Notes: generated from the letters alone by a model not told the origin. Positions 47,948 to 59,153 are shown, counted from the stretch's first letter. The stretch: 64,000 nucleotides of DNA from a bacterium (GCA_963675295.2 CAXXKJ010000001.1:128001-192000); one strand, 5' to 3'. Numbers and translations are program-made.

Positions 47948-48784
47948 TCAATCGTTGGATTGAACCAGCATCGTCAGGTTGTACACAGTGTGGAATCCGG
48001 CTCGCTCGGCATTCCGCTGCGAATCGCTGCCGGGATCGGTGAGGAAGATGACGACCTCGCACCCCTCAGCGCGAGCATCGGACAACCGCCGCCGAATGAA
48101 GGCGGACTGGATGCCATGACGCCGAAACTGCGGCAATGTTGCGGAAGTCATCAGGCAGGCCATCGGGGGGATCACGTTGAGGCACGCAGCCGCGGCGGGT
48201 TCTCCGTTCCAGCGGGCCAAATAACCGATACCCTCCGGGATGTGCACCATCGGCAGATGAAACATCGGATCCATCAGGTAATCGTGACCGAGCGTCTTAA
48301 ACCCTTCCGCTATCAGCTCAGCCCACTCCCGATCCCGGTCGGCGGGCAGGCGCTCGATGCTCAATCCCGAATCAGGCGCGGCATTGTCTGCTGTGGCAGA
48401 GTTGTTCGGACTGATCAAATCGGCGTCACTGAGTTCACGCACCAGCACCTGCATCCAGTACTCGATGTTATACCCACGGCGGCCAAGCTCGGCGGCGAAC
48501 GCCTTGTCACTGAATGGATTGAGCGCAAACCGGCTGGGCAGGTCATTTGAACGAAACAACGCTTCTACGGTTTCAAGCGTCTCCGGGTCGACCGGTCCAT
48601 TCATCCCGAAGCCGGTCGCACGACCCCAACGTCCCGGGATCAAACGAACCGATCCACTCGGGAATTCCTGGGTCAGTTGGGGTGTGTCCGGGGAGAGTGT
48701 CTGGCGCACTTCTCCGGTCGAAACCGCGAGGCGATGCATGAAACGGTCGATATCCAGCGCGAACTCACGAGTGATATGTAGCAT
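47948..48784 (-). CDS. GNAT family N-acetyltransferase
   Basis: SATLPQFRRHGIQSAFIRRRL...PGSDSQRNAERAGF. Confidence 0.88.
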   Translation of the reverse strand: MLHITREFALDIDRFMHRLAVSTGEVRQTLSPDTPQLTQEFPSGSVRLIPGRWGRATGFGMNGPVDPETLETVEALFRSNDLPSRFALNPFSDKAFAAELGRRGYNIEYWMQVLVRELSDADLISPNNSATADNAAPDSGLSIERLPADRDREWAELIAEGFKTLGHDYLMDPMFHLPMVHIPEGIGYLARWNGEPAAAACLNVIPPMACLMTSATLPQFRRHGIQSAFIRRRLSDARAEGCEVVIFLTDPGSDSQRNAERAGFHTVYNLTMLVQSND

Positions 48785-48953
48785 CGAAGCGACTCACAGT
48801 TTGATCCCCACCGGCCGTGAACATGTGAAAGTAGTTCATTCCGGCCTGAATGAAAACATGGACACGTCATCGTTCGCACGCACCGGAAAGCTGTAACTTG
48901 CGGAAAGGTCGTCCGTCTCATCGTAGAGCCCCGGATTACCACCAGAGGACGCC

Positions 48954-51326
48954 ATGCATTTCGTGGAACTGCGCCTTGCCCTGCGCACGTTGTTGCGTAA
49001 CCGTTTCTACAACCTGCTCAATCTCGCCGGACTGTCGATCAGTTTGGCGATTGTCATTCTGGTCGCAGGGTCGATCCGGGATGAACTCAACTGGGATACG
49101 TGGTCAAGCAACCGCGACTCGATCTACCGCCTGACCATGCAGATGAAATCCCAGGATGGGAAGCCGTGCTCGGCGTTCTCAATGCCCGGGATTGCGCCGG
49201 AACTGAAGGCCGCGGTTCCGTCCGTTGAATCGTTTACGCGGATCACGTGGCCGTTCGAAATGCGGGTGCGACGGGACAATGAACCGATGGAGATGCTCAG
49301 CACCATCCGCCTGGTCGACCCGGAATTTCTCACCATCTTCGAGATTCCGCTCGAGTTCGGTGATCCCGCAAAGGCACTCAACGAGCCCAACTCCTGCGTC
49401 CTGTCGCACGAAACCGCTGTCGCCTGGTTCGGTACCGCCAATCCCATCGGTCAGCCGGTGCTGGTGGATGAAGAGAACGAGATGGTGGTCACCGGCGTCG
49501 CTGCCCCGCTGCCGGGAAACACGCACCTGCCGTTCAACATGCTGCTGCCGATCAGCCTGTTCGGCGAAGAGACTCTGGCGTCGTGGGGATGGATGAATTT
49601 CGGCACCTACCTGCTGATTCCCGGCGGTGCCGACACCATCACGGACACCTTGCCCTGGAATGAGTTCTTCTACCCCCGGGTAGATCGCACACGGCTCGAA
49701 TTCGCGCTGCAGCCACTGAGTGAGATCCACTTCGCCGGGGATACCGTAGACGGCATCCACGCTGGCGTCACGACACCGAACAAAGTCTATGGGCTGGCCA
49801 GCATCGCGCTGCTGGTGTTGATCATCGCGACCATCAATTTCATGAATTTGAACGCGTCCCTCGCCAGCCGCCGGGTGCGTGAGGTGTCGATGTTGAAGAT
49901 CATCGGTGCCCGGCGCGGCAACCTGATCGTACAACAGTTGGCGGAATCGTTGCTCATTGCCTTTGTCGCCGGAGCCGCCGCCTTGCTGATCGCGGAACTG
50001 GTGTTGCCGCACTATGCCAACCTGCTGGCGCAACCGAACCTGGCCAAGCCGCTTGCCGATCCGGCGATGCTCGCGTTGCACACCGGCATCACCCTGCTCG
50101 CCGGTTTATTCGCGGGTTTGTATGCGGCGTTGCTGTTTTCCGCCCACCGACCTTCCGCCGCGCTGAAAGGTGAGCTCGCTGGTGGGATCAAGATCTCACG
50201 CGTACGCCGAACCCTGGTCGTGGTGCAGATTGCGATTTCAATCGTCTTCGTCGCCGGGACGATCGTGATTCAGCAGCAACTGGCCTTCGTCTCCCGGATG
50301 AGCCTCGGCTTTGACCGGGAAAACGTGATGCTGATACGTGGAAACAATGAATTCAGAGCGCATTACGACGATTATCTCAACCGTTTTCGAACCCACCCAG
50401 AGGTCCTGGCTGCGACCTACGCATCCGGTATTCCCGGCAACACCATCGGCCAGACCAGCGTCCTGCCGGAAGGCCAGACCGACCAGATCGCCTTGCGTTA
50501 CTTCACCGTCGAGGAACAGGCGCTGGAAACCTTTGGCCTCGAGATGGCTGAAGGCCGCTTCTTCTCCACGGACTATCCGTTCGACCGGCTGAGCGACAGT
50601 ACAGGGAACGTGATCCTTAACGAAGCAGCCGTGCGTAGCCTCGGACTGGAAGAACCGGTGGTCGGACGCACGATGCGCATCGGCAGCCGTGAGTTCAACA
50701 GCACCATCGTCGGCGTCGTCAAGGATTTCAACCAGAACAGCCTGCACAGTCAGATCGAGCCGATGATGTTGCTCGTCTACCCGAACTGGTCAAACACGAT
50801 CGCACTGCGCTATCGAAGCCAGGACCTGCCGCGGCTGGTGGACGATGTCACGGCGATCTGGAACGAAATGCTGCCCGCTTATCCCCCGCAGATCTCGTTC
50901 ATGAATGATCGCCTCAACGGGCTGTACCAGGCGGACAGGCAACAGGCAACCCTGCTGAAATTGAGTTCGGTGCTGGCGATCCTCGTTGCGTCGCTGGGAT
51001 TGATCGGGTTGGCCACATTTGCCGCGCAACGCCGCACGAAGGAAGTCGGCATCCGCAAAGTGCTCGGCGCCAGTTCGCTGCAGGTGACACGCATCCTGAC
51101 GAAGGAATTCCTGTTACTGGCGCTGGTCGCAAACGTGATCGCGTGGCCGGTGGCGATTGTCGTGATGCGGCGCTGGCTGGCGGGCTATGCCTACCACGTG
51201 TCCTTCGCGTGGTGGATTCTGCCAGCGGCTGGACTGCTCGCCGCCGCCGTGGTCGCACTGGTCACCGGCCTGATCGCACTGCGCACCTCCAGCCTGAAAC
51301 CGGTCGAAACGTTGAGGTATGAATAG
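48954..51326 (+). CDS. ABC transporter permease, duplicated MacB-PCD/FtsX type
   Basis: LNLAGLSISLA, INFMNL...RVREV, LGFDRENV, IVGVVKDF, QRRTKEVGIRKVLGA, PVETLRYE. Confidence 0.93.
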   Translation: MHFVELRLALRTLLRNRFYNLLNLAGLSISLAIVILVAGSIRDELNWDTWSSNRDSIYRLTMQMKSQDGKPCSAFSMPGIAPELKAAVPSVESFTRITWPFEMRVRRDNEPMEMLSTIRLVDPEFLTIFEIPLEFGDPAKALNEPNSCVLSHETAVAWFGTANPIGQPVLVDEENEMVVTGVAAPLPGNTHLPFNMLLPISLFGEETLASWGWMNFGTYLLIPGGADTITDTLPWNEFFYPRVDRTRLEFALQPLSEIHFAGDTVDGIHAGVTTPNKVYGLASIALLVLIIATINFMNLNASLASRRVREVSMLKIIGARRGNLIVQQLAESLLIAFVAGAAALLIAELVLPHYANLLAQPNLAKPLADPAMLALHTGITLLAGLFAGLYAALLFSAHRPSAALKGELAGGIKISRVRRTLVVVQIAISIVFVAGTIVIQQQLAFVSRMSLGFDRENVMLIRGNNEFRAHYDDYLNRFRTHPEVLAATYASGIPGNTIGQTSVLPEGQTDQIALRYFTVEEQALETFGLEMAEGRFFSTDYPFDRLSDSTGNVILNEAAVRSLGLEEPVVGRTMRIGSREFNSTIVGVVKDFNQNSLHSQIEPMMLLVYPNWSNTIALRYRSQDLPRLVDDVTAIWNEMLPAYPPQISFMNDRLNGLYQADRQQATLLKLSSVLAILVASLGLIGLATFAAQRRTKEVGIRKVLGASSLQVTRILTKEFLLLALVANVIAWPVAIVVMRRWLAGYAYHVSFAWWILPAAGLLAAAVVALVTGLIALRTSSLKPVETLRYE

Positions 51327-51349
51327 ACTGTACAGCTCTCCCCCAATTG

Positions 51350-51381
51350 AAAAAGGGCACACCCTCGCGGATGTGCCCTTT
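51350..51381. terminator. Bidirectional terminator
   Basis: AAAAAGGGCACA...TGTGCCCTTT between convergent genes. Confidence 0.75.
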
Positions 51382-51426
51382 GCATATGCACTGAGCTGTG
51401 TCCAGGATTCTCCTGAGCTGAACAGT

Positions 51427-53865
51427 TTAGCGAACCAGCATCACCTTCTGCGTCGCGTTCATCTGACCAGGAACCGTCGCACGCACGAAATACAGGCCGC
51501 TGGCGAGGTTCGAAGCGTCGAAGGTCAACGTGTGCTCACCAGCGACATACCGCCCGTTCGCCAGTTCGGCAACCTGCTGGCCCATCACGTTGAACACGCT
51601 CACCGCCAGATCAGACGCTTCCGGCAATGCGACACGGATCGTCGTGCTCGGGTTGAACGGGTTCGGGTACGCCGCGCCCAGCTCATACTCGTCCGGCAGA
51701 CTGACGATTTCAATTGCTTCGTCCGCGAACGCCAGGTCTGTGGTTGTCCACTCGTCAAGGTTCATCGTACCGGCGGCAGTACCTTCCTTGTAGAAGACGA
51801 ATGTGCCCGTGATATACATCGTCGGATAACCCACTCGACCAATAAACGTGTACGCGCCAGACGGAGCAGATGCCGGCACCTGCGTCATGCTCGTCAAGGT
51901 GACGTTCATGAACGGGGACAGGGTGAAGTACTGCTGGGAAATCGGACCGTATTCCGTGCCATTCGGCAACTCAACCGCGGTCCAGTACATCACATTCGGG
52001 TATGAGCCCGGCAGGTTGCTGACCAGGTGTACGTCGTACGTCAACGTTCCACCGTTCGCCGGGATGAAGTGGTCCTGCGGTATCAATGTCAGCGTCGCCG
52101 GAGCGTTCGAGAACGGTTCGACGTCCACATCTTCACTCGGTTGCAGCTGGCAAACGCCGCTATAGGTATCAACCGTACCACGGAACGTTACCCAGTCACC
52201 AGCAGAATACATCGTCAAGTCAATGTTGGCATCGCCGTACATGCGGATCGTTGCTTCGCCACTACCGTCATCGATCATCAGGTTGTACGTGTCACCCGGC
52301 TGGCCTGGATCGGTCATCAGCTCGCCGGTCAATTCCGCCCAGACGCCTTCGTATGGAACCTGATCGTCGAAATCACCCGTGTCCCACGTCATCGGCTGCG
52401 GCAACGGATTGCCAGTGGAGAGAATGTCGAACGTCCAGTTGACCAGCTCGGTGGTGTCGTAGTACTGCGCGACTTCCGCGTACACCGTCACCGCCGTGCC
52501 ACGATCCAGACCAATACCGAGGTTCGGGTCGCTGGCATACATCATGATGCCGTAGCCACTGTTGTCCTGGACATAGACGTCGACGTACCCAGTGTGCACC
52601 GTGTTGTTACCCTGGGTGATGACACCCATCACCTGAACCAGGTCGCCCGGCTGATAGGTACCGTTCTGAATTTCCTGGATGGTCGCAACCGCGTACGGAG
52701 ACGGTGTCCAGTCGTCGTACCAGTCACCGATCGAACCGAACATGTCTTCGACTGTCAGCGTGGTTTCATCCGCCAACTCGATGAAATAGTTCGCACCCAT
52801 GCCGGCTTCATTGTCGTAACCGTTGGCGCCGTACTTGTAGGTGAAGTTAAAGCTGGAACCGGCGGGGAGGGTGTACTGTGCGGTGAACAGGCTGTCACCC
52901 GCGACAGCGTCCGCGCCCTGGCCGTCGTCCAGTAGTGTGACGTTGCCGTATGCACCCGGAGTCCAGGTCCAGCTGTCCCACGGACCGGTAACGATGAACC
53001 ATTCGATTTCGTCTTCCATCACTCCCGGAATGCCGACATCGTTGTGCTTCAGGATCGCCGGACGGCCATCCAGCACAAACGTGACCAGCATGTCATCGCT
53101 CAAGCCGCCGATGTTATCCGAGAAGTACACCGGATCCAGCGTCACATCGAGGTCGCCGTCGTTGCCATCATCCGGCTCGTCGCCGGTCGGAATAAACTGA
53201 CGATTGCCACCTGGGGGCTCTTCCCACTCGACTGGATCAGACTGGTTGTTGCCCACGTCAATGACAAACTTGTATTCCAACGCCGTGCCGACTTCCAGGC
53301 TGGTGAAGTTGACGGTAATCGAATAGGTTTCGTCGCCATTGGCGGTCAAAGCCGTGTAGCCACCCCAGTTACCGAGTTCAGCTGCACCACCGCGGATGAT
53401 CATCGCGTCAACGTTCGGATCAAACGTACCGTTGTCGATCATCACGCTCATGTCAACCGTGAAATCGATTTCGTACGGGTACGACACGCCAGCCGGCTCT
53501 TCGTTGTTGAAGTACACTACATCCAACGTGATCGGCTCGAAGCCCACCGTCAACGGACGATTGTCGATGTTGTCTTCCCAGATGTCGCCGGTGTTGACGA
53601 TCACGAACTTGTAGCCGTACGCACCATTTTCAATCTCGAACGTACCCCACCAGACGTTGTCCACATCCAGCGTGAGCATTTCTTCGTTGCCGCTCCAGCC
53701 ATTGAAGTCACCGCGAACGACCACATCCTGCACGTTCGGGTCAAAGGTGCCGTTGTCGATCTGCACCGACATGTCCACCTGGAATGTGACTGGTGCGGCC
53801 ATCGCGGCACTCACACCAAATAGCAAAAATAGCGCGAACAATGTGACAATCTTCACGTTTTGCAT
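51427..53865 (-). CDS. T9SS-secreted protein: 3 CBM20/48-like domains, OB-fold-like pair, Ig-like module, CTD
   Basis: VTFQVDMS...VVVRGDFNGW...YKF repeats; TIQEIQ...V.GVIT...YVQD.SG; CTD ending QKVMLVR. Confidence 0.8.
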   Translation of the reverse strand: MQNVKIVTLFALFLLFGVSAAMAAPVTFQVDMSVQIDNGTFDPNVQDVVVRGDFNGWSGNEEMLTLDVDNVWWGTFEIENGAYGYKFVIVNTGDIWEDNIDNRPLTVGFEPITLDVVYFNNEEPAGVSYPYEIDFTVDMSVMIDNGTFDPNVDAMIIRGGAAELGNWGGYTALTANGDETYSITVNFTSLEVGTALEYKFVIDVGNNQSDPVEWEEPPGGNRQFIPTGDEPDDGNDGDLDVTLDPVYFSDNIGGLSDDMLVTFVLDGRPAILKHNDVGIPGVMEDEIEWFIVTGPWDSWTWTPGAYGNVTLLDDGQGADAVAGDSLFTAQYTLPAGSSFNFTYKYGANGYDNEAGMGANYFIELADETTLTVEDMFGSIGDWYDDWTPSPYAVATIQEIQNGTYQPGDLVQVMGVITQGNNTVHTGYVDVYVQDNSGYGIMMYASDPNLGIGLDRGTAVTVYAEVAQYYDTTELVNWTFDILSTGNPLPQPMTWDTGDFDDQVPYEGVWAELTGELMTDPGQPGDTYNLMIDDGSGEATIRMYGDANIDLTMYSAGDWVTFRGTVDTYSGVCQLQPSEDVDVEPFSNAPATLTLIPQDHFIPANGGTLTYDVHLVSNLPGSYPNVMYWTAVELPNGTEYGPISQQYFTLSPFMNVTLTSMTQVPASAPSGAYTFIGRVGYPTMYITGTFVFYKEGTAAGTMNLDEWTTTDLAFADEAIEIVSLPDEYELGAAYPNPFNPSTTIRVALPEASDLAVSVFNVMGQQVAELANGRYVAGEHTLTFDASNLASGLYFVRATVPGQMNATQKVMLVR

Positions 53866-54065
53866 CCTGGTACTTCCTTTCTTCGGGTGGATACTGCATC
53901 CAGTTATCAGGTTACGGTAAACAGCTTCGTGGATAGAGTTGCACGATGCGGGCGGCGCCGTACAAAAACTCGGGCAATGGATAATAATTCTGACACTTGC
54001 GCACTAAGAATAGTTTTTCGATAATTTGGTATTGAAGATACAAAACGAAAATTACCAAAGCAAAC

Positions 54066-54100
54066 AGGCGCCCCGGAATTCTCCGGAGCGCCTGTGAAAA
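54066..54100. terminator. Hairpin after T9SS gene
   Basis: CAGGCGC.CCGGA...TCCGG.GCGCCTG. Confidence 0.6.
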
Positions 54101-54120
54101 ACTCAATTGTTACATGGGTC

Positions 54121-56454
54121 TTAGCGAACCAGCATCACCTTCTGCGTCTGGTTCAGCTGACCCGGAACCATCGCGCGGATGAAATACAGGCCGCTGGCGA
54201 GGTTCGAAGCGTCGAAGGTCATCGTGTGACGGCCGACGGCATAATTTCCATCCGCAAGCGTCGTCACCAACTGGCCGGTGATGTTGAACACGTTCACCGT
54301 CAGCTCCGCCGCTTCCGGCAACGTCACCGCGAGTGTCGTCGTCGGGTTGAACGGGTTCGGGTACGCGTTCTCAAGCGCGAATTCAGTCGGCAGGATTTCC
54401 GATTCCTGGCCGCTGGCGGCAAACCGGATATCCGAGCTGACCCATTCGTCCGGATTCACTTCGTACACCGGCTTCTCGAATTCAGCACTGCGATCAAACG
54501 CGACACCCCGTTCGTACGGCGCGCACGGCATACCCATGGCGTCACGGTAGCCTTCTTCCAGCTCACCATTACCAACCGGACGGTAGAATCCATCGGTCGC
54601 GCCAAAGGTCGCACCGATTTCGTCGAACCACGTCTCGTTGGTGTACGCAGCCGTCATCCCGACATACCCATCGGCGTAGGTGCCATCGTTGAAGCTGCCT
54701 TCGTAGTTGCCGTTGATCGTGATGTCAACGTCAGCGCCGTTGGCAGAAATCTCCAGCGTATTCACTGCCCCGACACCGGTGTTGATCGCGGTTCCGGTCG
54801 TCCAGCCGATGATGTTTGTTGGTGAACCATCCGTATACACCCACGCCGAATAACTGGTGTTTGAGATGTACACGGCGTACCCATTGTAGTCGCTGTCATT
54901 GGTGCCGTTGCCACGGAACAGCATCCCTACCGAGTAACCCTGCGACACTTCATACATGAAAGTCGTGGACGCGGTAAAGTTGTCGAAGCCTTGTGTCATG
55001 TACGTGCCGGAACCCCACTCGGACAAGTTGCCGGTTACGTCGATCTTGCAGTAGCCATCTTCGATCGCGTACGACCCTGGACCGACAAAGAAGTCGAAGC
55101 CCTGTGCAAGGCCGTCATCGAAGTCTTCGTACATGCCGGCGCCGACCTTCGCGAACGGGAAGCTATCCGTCTTCTGCAGATCGGGACGGTTCGGCATGCC
55201 CGCGATCGCGGTCATCGTGTACGCCCCTTCCGGGGCACCGCCCGGAACGTACAGCATCGCGTCATCCCACGTGTAGTTCATGTACGGCATCAGGTTGAAC
55301 TCAGCGTTGTTGATCCGTGGGATCGTACCGCCGCCGGGCAGGGTGACGAATGTCTGGTACTTGAAACCGTACCCGGTGTTCGACGAGTTGTTGATCAGGT
55401 GGATGTCATACACCACATCACCACCAGTCTGGGGTATCGCCGTCACTTCCGGCGTCAGGAAGAAGTCGATCACAATCCATTCCACCGACACGGGACCGGC
55501 CGGATCAGATTCGCCCTCATCGTAGTAAGCCGTGACTTCGTACTCGTACGTTCCGGCTGCGGGAAGCGTGTCGACATACATTTCGTCCGTCGTCGTGTCG
55601 ATCAGCTCGCCGTCCCGGTAAATCTTGTAGTACAGGAACTCATCGGTGGCGTTTTCGCTGAACCGGTCAAACACACGCACACCGTCCGCAACCGGCATCG
55701 GCGCGAGAATCGGGTTGTGCGCGTCGTCAAAGTACCCGGCAACCGGTGTACCCTGAGCGGCGGGTTCCGTCGGGACGCGATCCACCGCACCCACAGTGCA
55801 GAAGACGTCGTCGTACCAGGTCACGTTGTACGCTTCGATCACACCGACATACCCTGACGGATAGGTCGCATCCGTGAAACTGTTGTGGTACGTGCCGTTG
55901 ATGTACAAATCGTACGTGCCGCCGGAACCGACAACTTCCATCGTGTTGACGGCGCCTTGGCCGGTGTTGATCCCGGTGCCCGTGGTCCAGGTAATGACGT
56001 TGGACGCCGAACCGGCGGTGTACTTCCACACTGAATAGCTGGTGTCGGAGATGTACATACCGTAGCCCTGGAAATCCTCATCGCGCGGGCCGTTCACGCA
56101 CCACATCACACCGCGTGAACTGGTCTGGCCGTCCTGGATCTCGAAGGTGCTGGTCAGCGTGAAGTTGTCGAACTCCATCGCTTCATACGCACCCGTCTGC
56201 CACGTGTTGGACGCTGAACCATCCAGCTTGGCGTAGCTGTCCTCGAAGGTCAGCGCATCCACAATCCAGTTCCAGCTGTCTCCCGGATCTGTGTCGAAGG
56301 TCTCGTTCAACCCCGCTGAAGGCTCATTCCAGGTTAGCGTCACTTCACCATCCAGACCGAGATCGGCTTCGAGGCCGTAAGGTGGATAAACTTGAGCGGA
56401 AGCGACTGCTGCGAGAAGAAACAGCACGAGGAATGAGACAGATAAGCGTTTCAT
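54121..56454 (-). CDS. T9SS-secreted adhesin-like protein A (split FN3, two DUF1080/ConA-like domains, Ig-like module)
   Basis: Signal peptide MKRLSV; PPYGLEA...VTLTWNEP / YKIYRDG...YEVTAYYDEGES; CTD. Confidence 0.82.
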   Translation of the reverse strand: MKRLSVSFLVLFLLAAVASAQVYPPYGLEADLGLDGEVTLTWNEPSAGLNETFDTDPGDSWNWIVDALTFEDSYAKLDGSASNTWQTGAYEAMEFDNFTLTSTFEIQDGQTSSRGVMWCVNGPRDEDFQGYGMYISDTSYSVWKYTAGSASNVITWTTGTGINTGQGAVNTMEVVGSGGTYDLYINGTYHNSFTDATYPSGYVGVIEAYNVTWYDDVFCTVGAVDRVPTEPAAQGTPVAGYFDDAHNPILAPMPVADGVRVFDRFSENATDEFLYYKIYRDGELIDTTTDEMYVDTLPAAGTYEYEVTAYYDEGESDPAGPVSVEWIVIDFFLTPEVTAIPQTGGDVVYDIHLINNSSNTGYGFKYQTFVTLPGGGTIPRINNAEFNLMPYMNYTWDDAMLYVPGGAPEGAYTMTAIAGMPNRPDLQKTDSFPFAKVGAGMYEDFDDGLAQGFDFFVGPGSYAIEDGYCKIDVTGNLSEWGSGTYMTQGFDNFTASTTFMYEVSQGYSVGMLFRGNGTNDSDYNGYAVYISNTSYSAWVYTDGSPTNIIGWTTGTAINTGVGAVNTLEISANGADVDITINGNYEGSFNDGTYADGYVGMTAAYTNETWFDEIGATFGATDGFYRPVGNGELEEGYRDAMGMPCAPYERGVAFDRSAEFEKPVYEVNPDEWVSSDIRFAASGQESEILPTEFALENAYPNPFNPTTTLAVTLPEAAELTVNVFNITGQLVTTLADGNYAVGRHTMTFDASNLASGLYFIRAMVPGQLNQTQKVMLVR

Positions 56455-56510
56455 GATTACCCCCTTAAGAAGAGAAAATGAATTCATAGGCATATTTGCC
56501 CTTGTTGCTT

Positions 56511-56539
56511 AAGGTAGAGGCGAAACAGTCAATCTTCAA
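56511..56539 (-). promoter_or_regulatory. Putative sigma70 promoter
   Basis: TTGAAG-N17-TACCTT; equivalent element upstream of paralog B. Confidence 0.55.
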
Positions 56540-56766
56540 TAATCAGGTGTGATTTTTTCGATTTTCTGCACGTGGCGAGCACGTTTCTCCGATACAGATA
56601 AACTTTTGTTGTCGTTCTACTTAGTGGCAATTGACGAAGAATCCTGCGCAGAGCATCGGAGTGGAGAACACTGACTACGATTCTCCCGGGACAAACATCG
56701 CCCGGAAATCCGCAGACTCCCGGGCGTGCTCTACTTCCTTCAGATCAATCCTTCTGATCGTCGAGA

Positions 56767-59094
56767 TCAGCGGACCAGCATCACCTTCTGCGTCTGGTTC
56801 AGCTGACCCGGAACCGTCGCCCGCACGAAGTACAGACCGCTGGCGAGGTTCGAGGCGTCGAAGGTCAACGTGTGCCGTCCGGCGGTGTAATTCCCGTCCG
56901 CAAGCGTCGTCACCAGCTGGCCGGCAACGTTGTAAACGTTCACCGTCAACTCCGCCGCTTCCGGCAGCGTTACCGCGAGCGTTGTGCTCGGGTTGAACGG
57001 GTTCGGGTACGCATTTTCCAGCGCGAACTCGTTCGGCAGACTCACCGCACCCTGGCTGTCCGTCATGATCTCACGGCCGGAACCAACCCATTCTTCCGGA
57101 TCGATCGTGAAGTCCGGCGCGACAAATTCGCTGCTGCGATCAAACGCAACACCGCGTTCGTACGGAGCGCACGGCACACCCATCGGATCACGGTACCCGG
57201 CTTCCAGGTCGCCGTTGCCAACCGGACGGTAGAAGCCATCGGTCGCGCCGAACGTTGCGCCGATGTCATCAAACCACGATTCGTTCGTATACGCGGTCGT
57301 CATGCCGACATAACCATCCGCATACGTGGCATCGTTGAAGCTGCCTTCGTAGTTGCCGTTGATCGTGATGTCAACATCCGCGCCGTTGGCCGAAATCTCC
57401 AGCGTGTTCACTGCACCGACACCGGTGTTGATCGCGGTGCCCGTGGTCCAACCAATCAGGTTGGTCGGGGCGCCAGCAGTATACACCCATGCCGAATAGC
57501 TGGTGTTGGAGATGTAAACCGCATAGCCGTTGTAGTCGCCATCCTGCGGACCATTACCACGGAACAGCATACCACAGGAATAGCCTTGGGTGACTTCATA
57601 CATGAAGGTCGTGGACGCCGTGAAGTTATCGAACGCGACACCCATGTAGGTGCCGGAACCCCATTCGGCGGCACTGACCTGGTCGAACTTGCAGTAGCCA
57701 TCGCTGATCTCGTAGGTCCCGTCCCCGGTGTAGAATTCGAAGCCCTGCGCTTCACCATCTTCGAAATCTTCATACAGACCAGCACCGACCTTCTGGAACG
57801 GGAAGCCATCCCACAGCTGATACATCGGTTCGATCGCACAACCGACCATCGCATTCAGCTCGTAAGCCCCTTCCGGTGCACCCGCCGGGACATAAAGCAT
57901 CATGTCGTACAGCGTGTAGTTCATGTAGGGGACGAGCGTGAACGGAATGTTGTCGATCCGCGGAATCTGGCATCCGCCCGGCGTGGTCACATACGTCTGG
58001 TAGCGCATACCGTACGCCATGGTCGGGACCGTGCTGATCAGCGTGGCGTCATACATGATCTCGCCACCGCCTTGAGGTACCGTCGTCACGTACGGAGTCA
58101 GGTAGAACATGAAGGCCACCCAGTCCACCATCACCGGTCCGGCCGGGTCGGATTCGCCTTCATCATAGTACGCCGTCACTTCGTACGCATACTCACCCGG
58201 CGAAGGCAGGTAGTCGACATACATCTCGTCGGTCGGAGTTCCAACCAGGTTTCCGTCCCGGTACACCTTGTAATACAGGAAGGCATCCGTCTGCGGTTCG
58301 CCAAAGCGGTCAAACACACGCACCCCGTCCGCCACCGGCAGCGGCGCGTCAATCGGGTTGTGCATGTCATCGAAATACCCGGCAACCGGAGCACCCTGAG
58401 CAGCCGGAGCCGGAACGGCATCCACCGCACCCATGGTGCAGTAAATGTCATCGTACCAGGTCACGTTGTACGCTTCGATCACACCAACATACCCCTGCGG
58501 GTAGGTGCCGTCGGTGAAGCTGTTGTGATAGGTACCGTTGATGTACAGGTCGAACGTGCCACCCGAAGCCTGAATTTCCATCGAGTTCACAGCGCCCTGA
58601 CCGGTGTTGATGCCAGTACCGGTAGACCACGAAATCACGCTGGACGCCGAGCCGGCGGTGTACTTCCACACCGAATAGCTGGTGCCGGAAATGTACATGC
58701 CATAGCCCTGGAAGTCAGCGTCACGCGGACCATTGGTGCACCACATGAAACCACGGGAACCGGTCGACGTGTCCTGAATTTCAAACGTGCCGCTCAGCGT
58801 GAAGTTGTCGAATTCCATCCCTTCGTACGCGCCTGTCTGCCAGCTGGTCGTGCCCGTTCCGTCGAGCTTGGCATAACCATCCGAGAACGAAAGGTTATTC
58901 ACCAACCAGTTCCAGGCCGAGCCCGGGTCGACATCGAATGTTTCCGCAAGACCCGCCGACGGCTCATTCCACGTCAACGTCACTTCGCCATTCAAACCGA
59001 GATTCGCTTCCAACCCATACGGTGGATACACCTGGGCAGATGCGATCGCTCCCAGAACCAGGAGCATCAGAACAATGACGGATAAGCGTTTCAT
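56767..59094 (-). CDS. T9SS-secreted adhesin-like protein B (paralog)
   Basis: Same architecture and long identical stretches with A and C. Confidence 0.82.
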   Translation of the reverse strand: MKRLSVIVLMLLVLGAIASAQVYPPYGLEANLGLNGEVTLTWNEPSAGLAETFDVDPGSAWNWLVNNLSFSDGYAKLDGTGTTSWQTGAYEGMEFDNFTLSGTFEIQDTSTGSRGFMWCTNGPRDADFQGYGMYISGTSYSVWKYTAGSASSVISWSTGTGINTGQGAVNSMEIQASGGTFDLYINGTYHNSFTDGTYPQGYVGVIEAYNVTWYDDIYCTMGAVDAVPAPAAQGAPVAGYFDDMHNPIDAPLPVADGVRVFDRFGEPQTDAFLYYKVYRDGNLVGTPTDEMYVDYLPSPGEYAYEVTAYYDEGESDPAGPVMVDWVAFMFYLTPYVTTVPQGGGEIMYDATLISTVPTMAYGMRYQTYVTTPGGCQIPRIDNIPFTLVPYMNYTLYDMMLYVPAGAPEGAYELNAMVGCAIEPMYQLWDGFPFQKVGAGLYEDFEDGEAQGFEFYTGDGTYEISDGYCKFDQVSAAEWGSGTYMGVAFDNFTASTTFMYEVTQGYSCGMLFRGNGPQDGDYNGYAVYISNTSYSAWVYTAGAPTNLIGWTTGTAINTGVGAVNTLEISANGADVDITINGNYEGSFNDATYADGYVGMTTAYTNESWFDDIGATFGATDGFYRPVGNGDLEAGYRDPMGVPCAPYERGVAFDRSSEFVAPDFTIDPEEWVGSGREIMTDSQGAVSLPNEFALENAYPNPFNPSTTLAVTLPEAAELTVNVYNVAGQLVTTLADGNYTAGRHTLTFDASNLASGLYFVRATVPGQLNQTQKVMLVR

Positions 59095-59153
59095 GATTTT
59101 CCCCCTCGTGGAAAAATGAAGTGTGGACAGGGTATACACCCCCCTTGCCGAAC

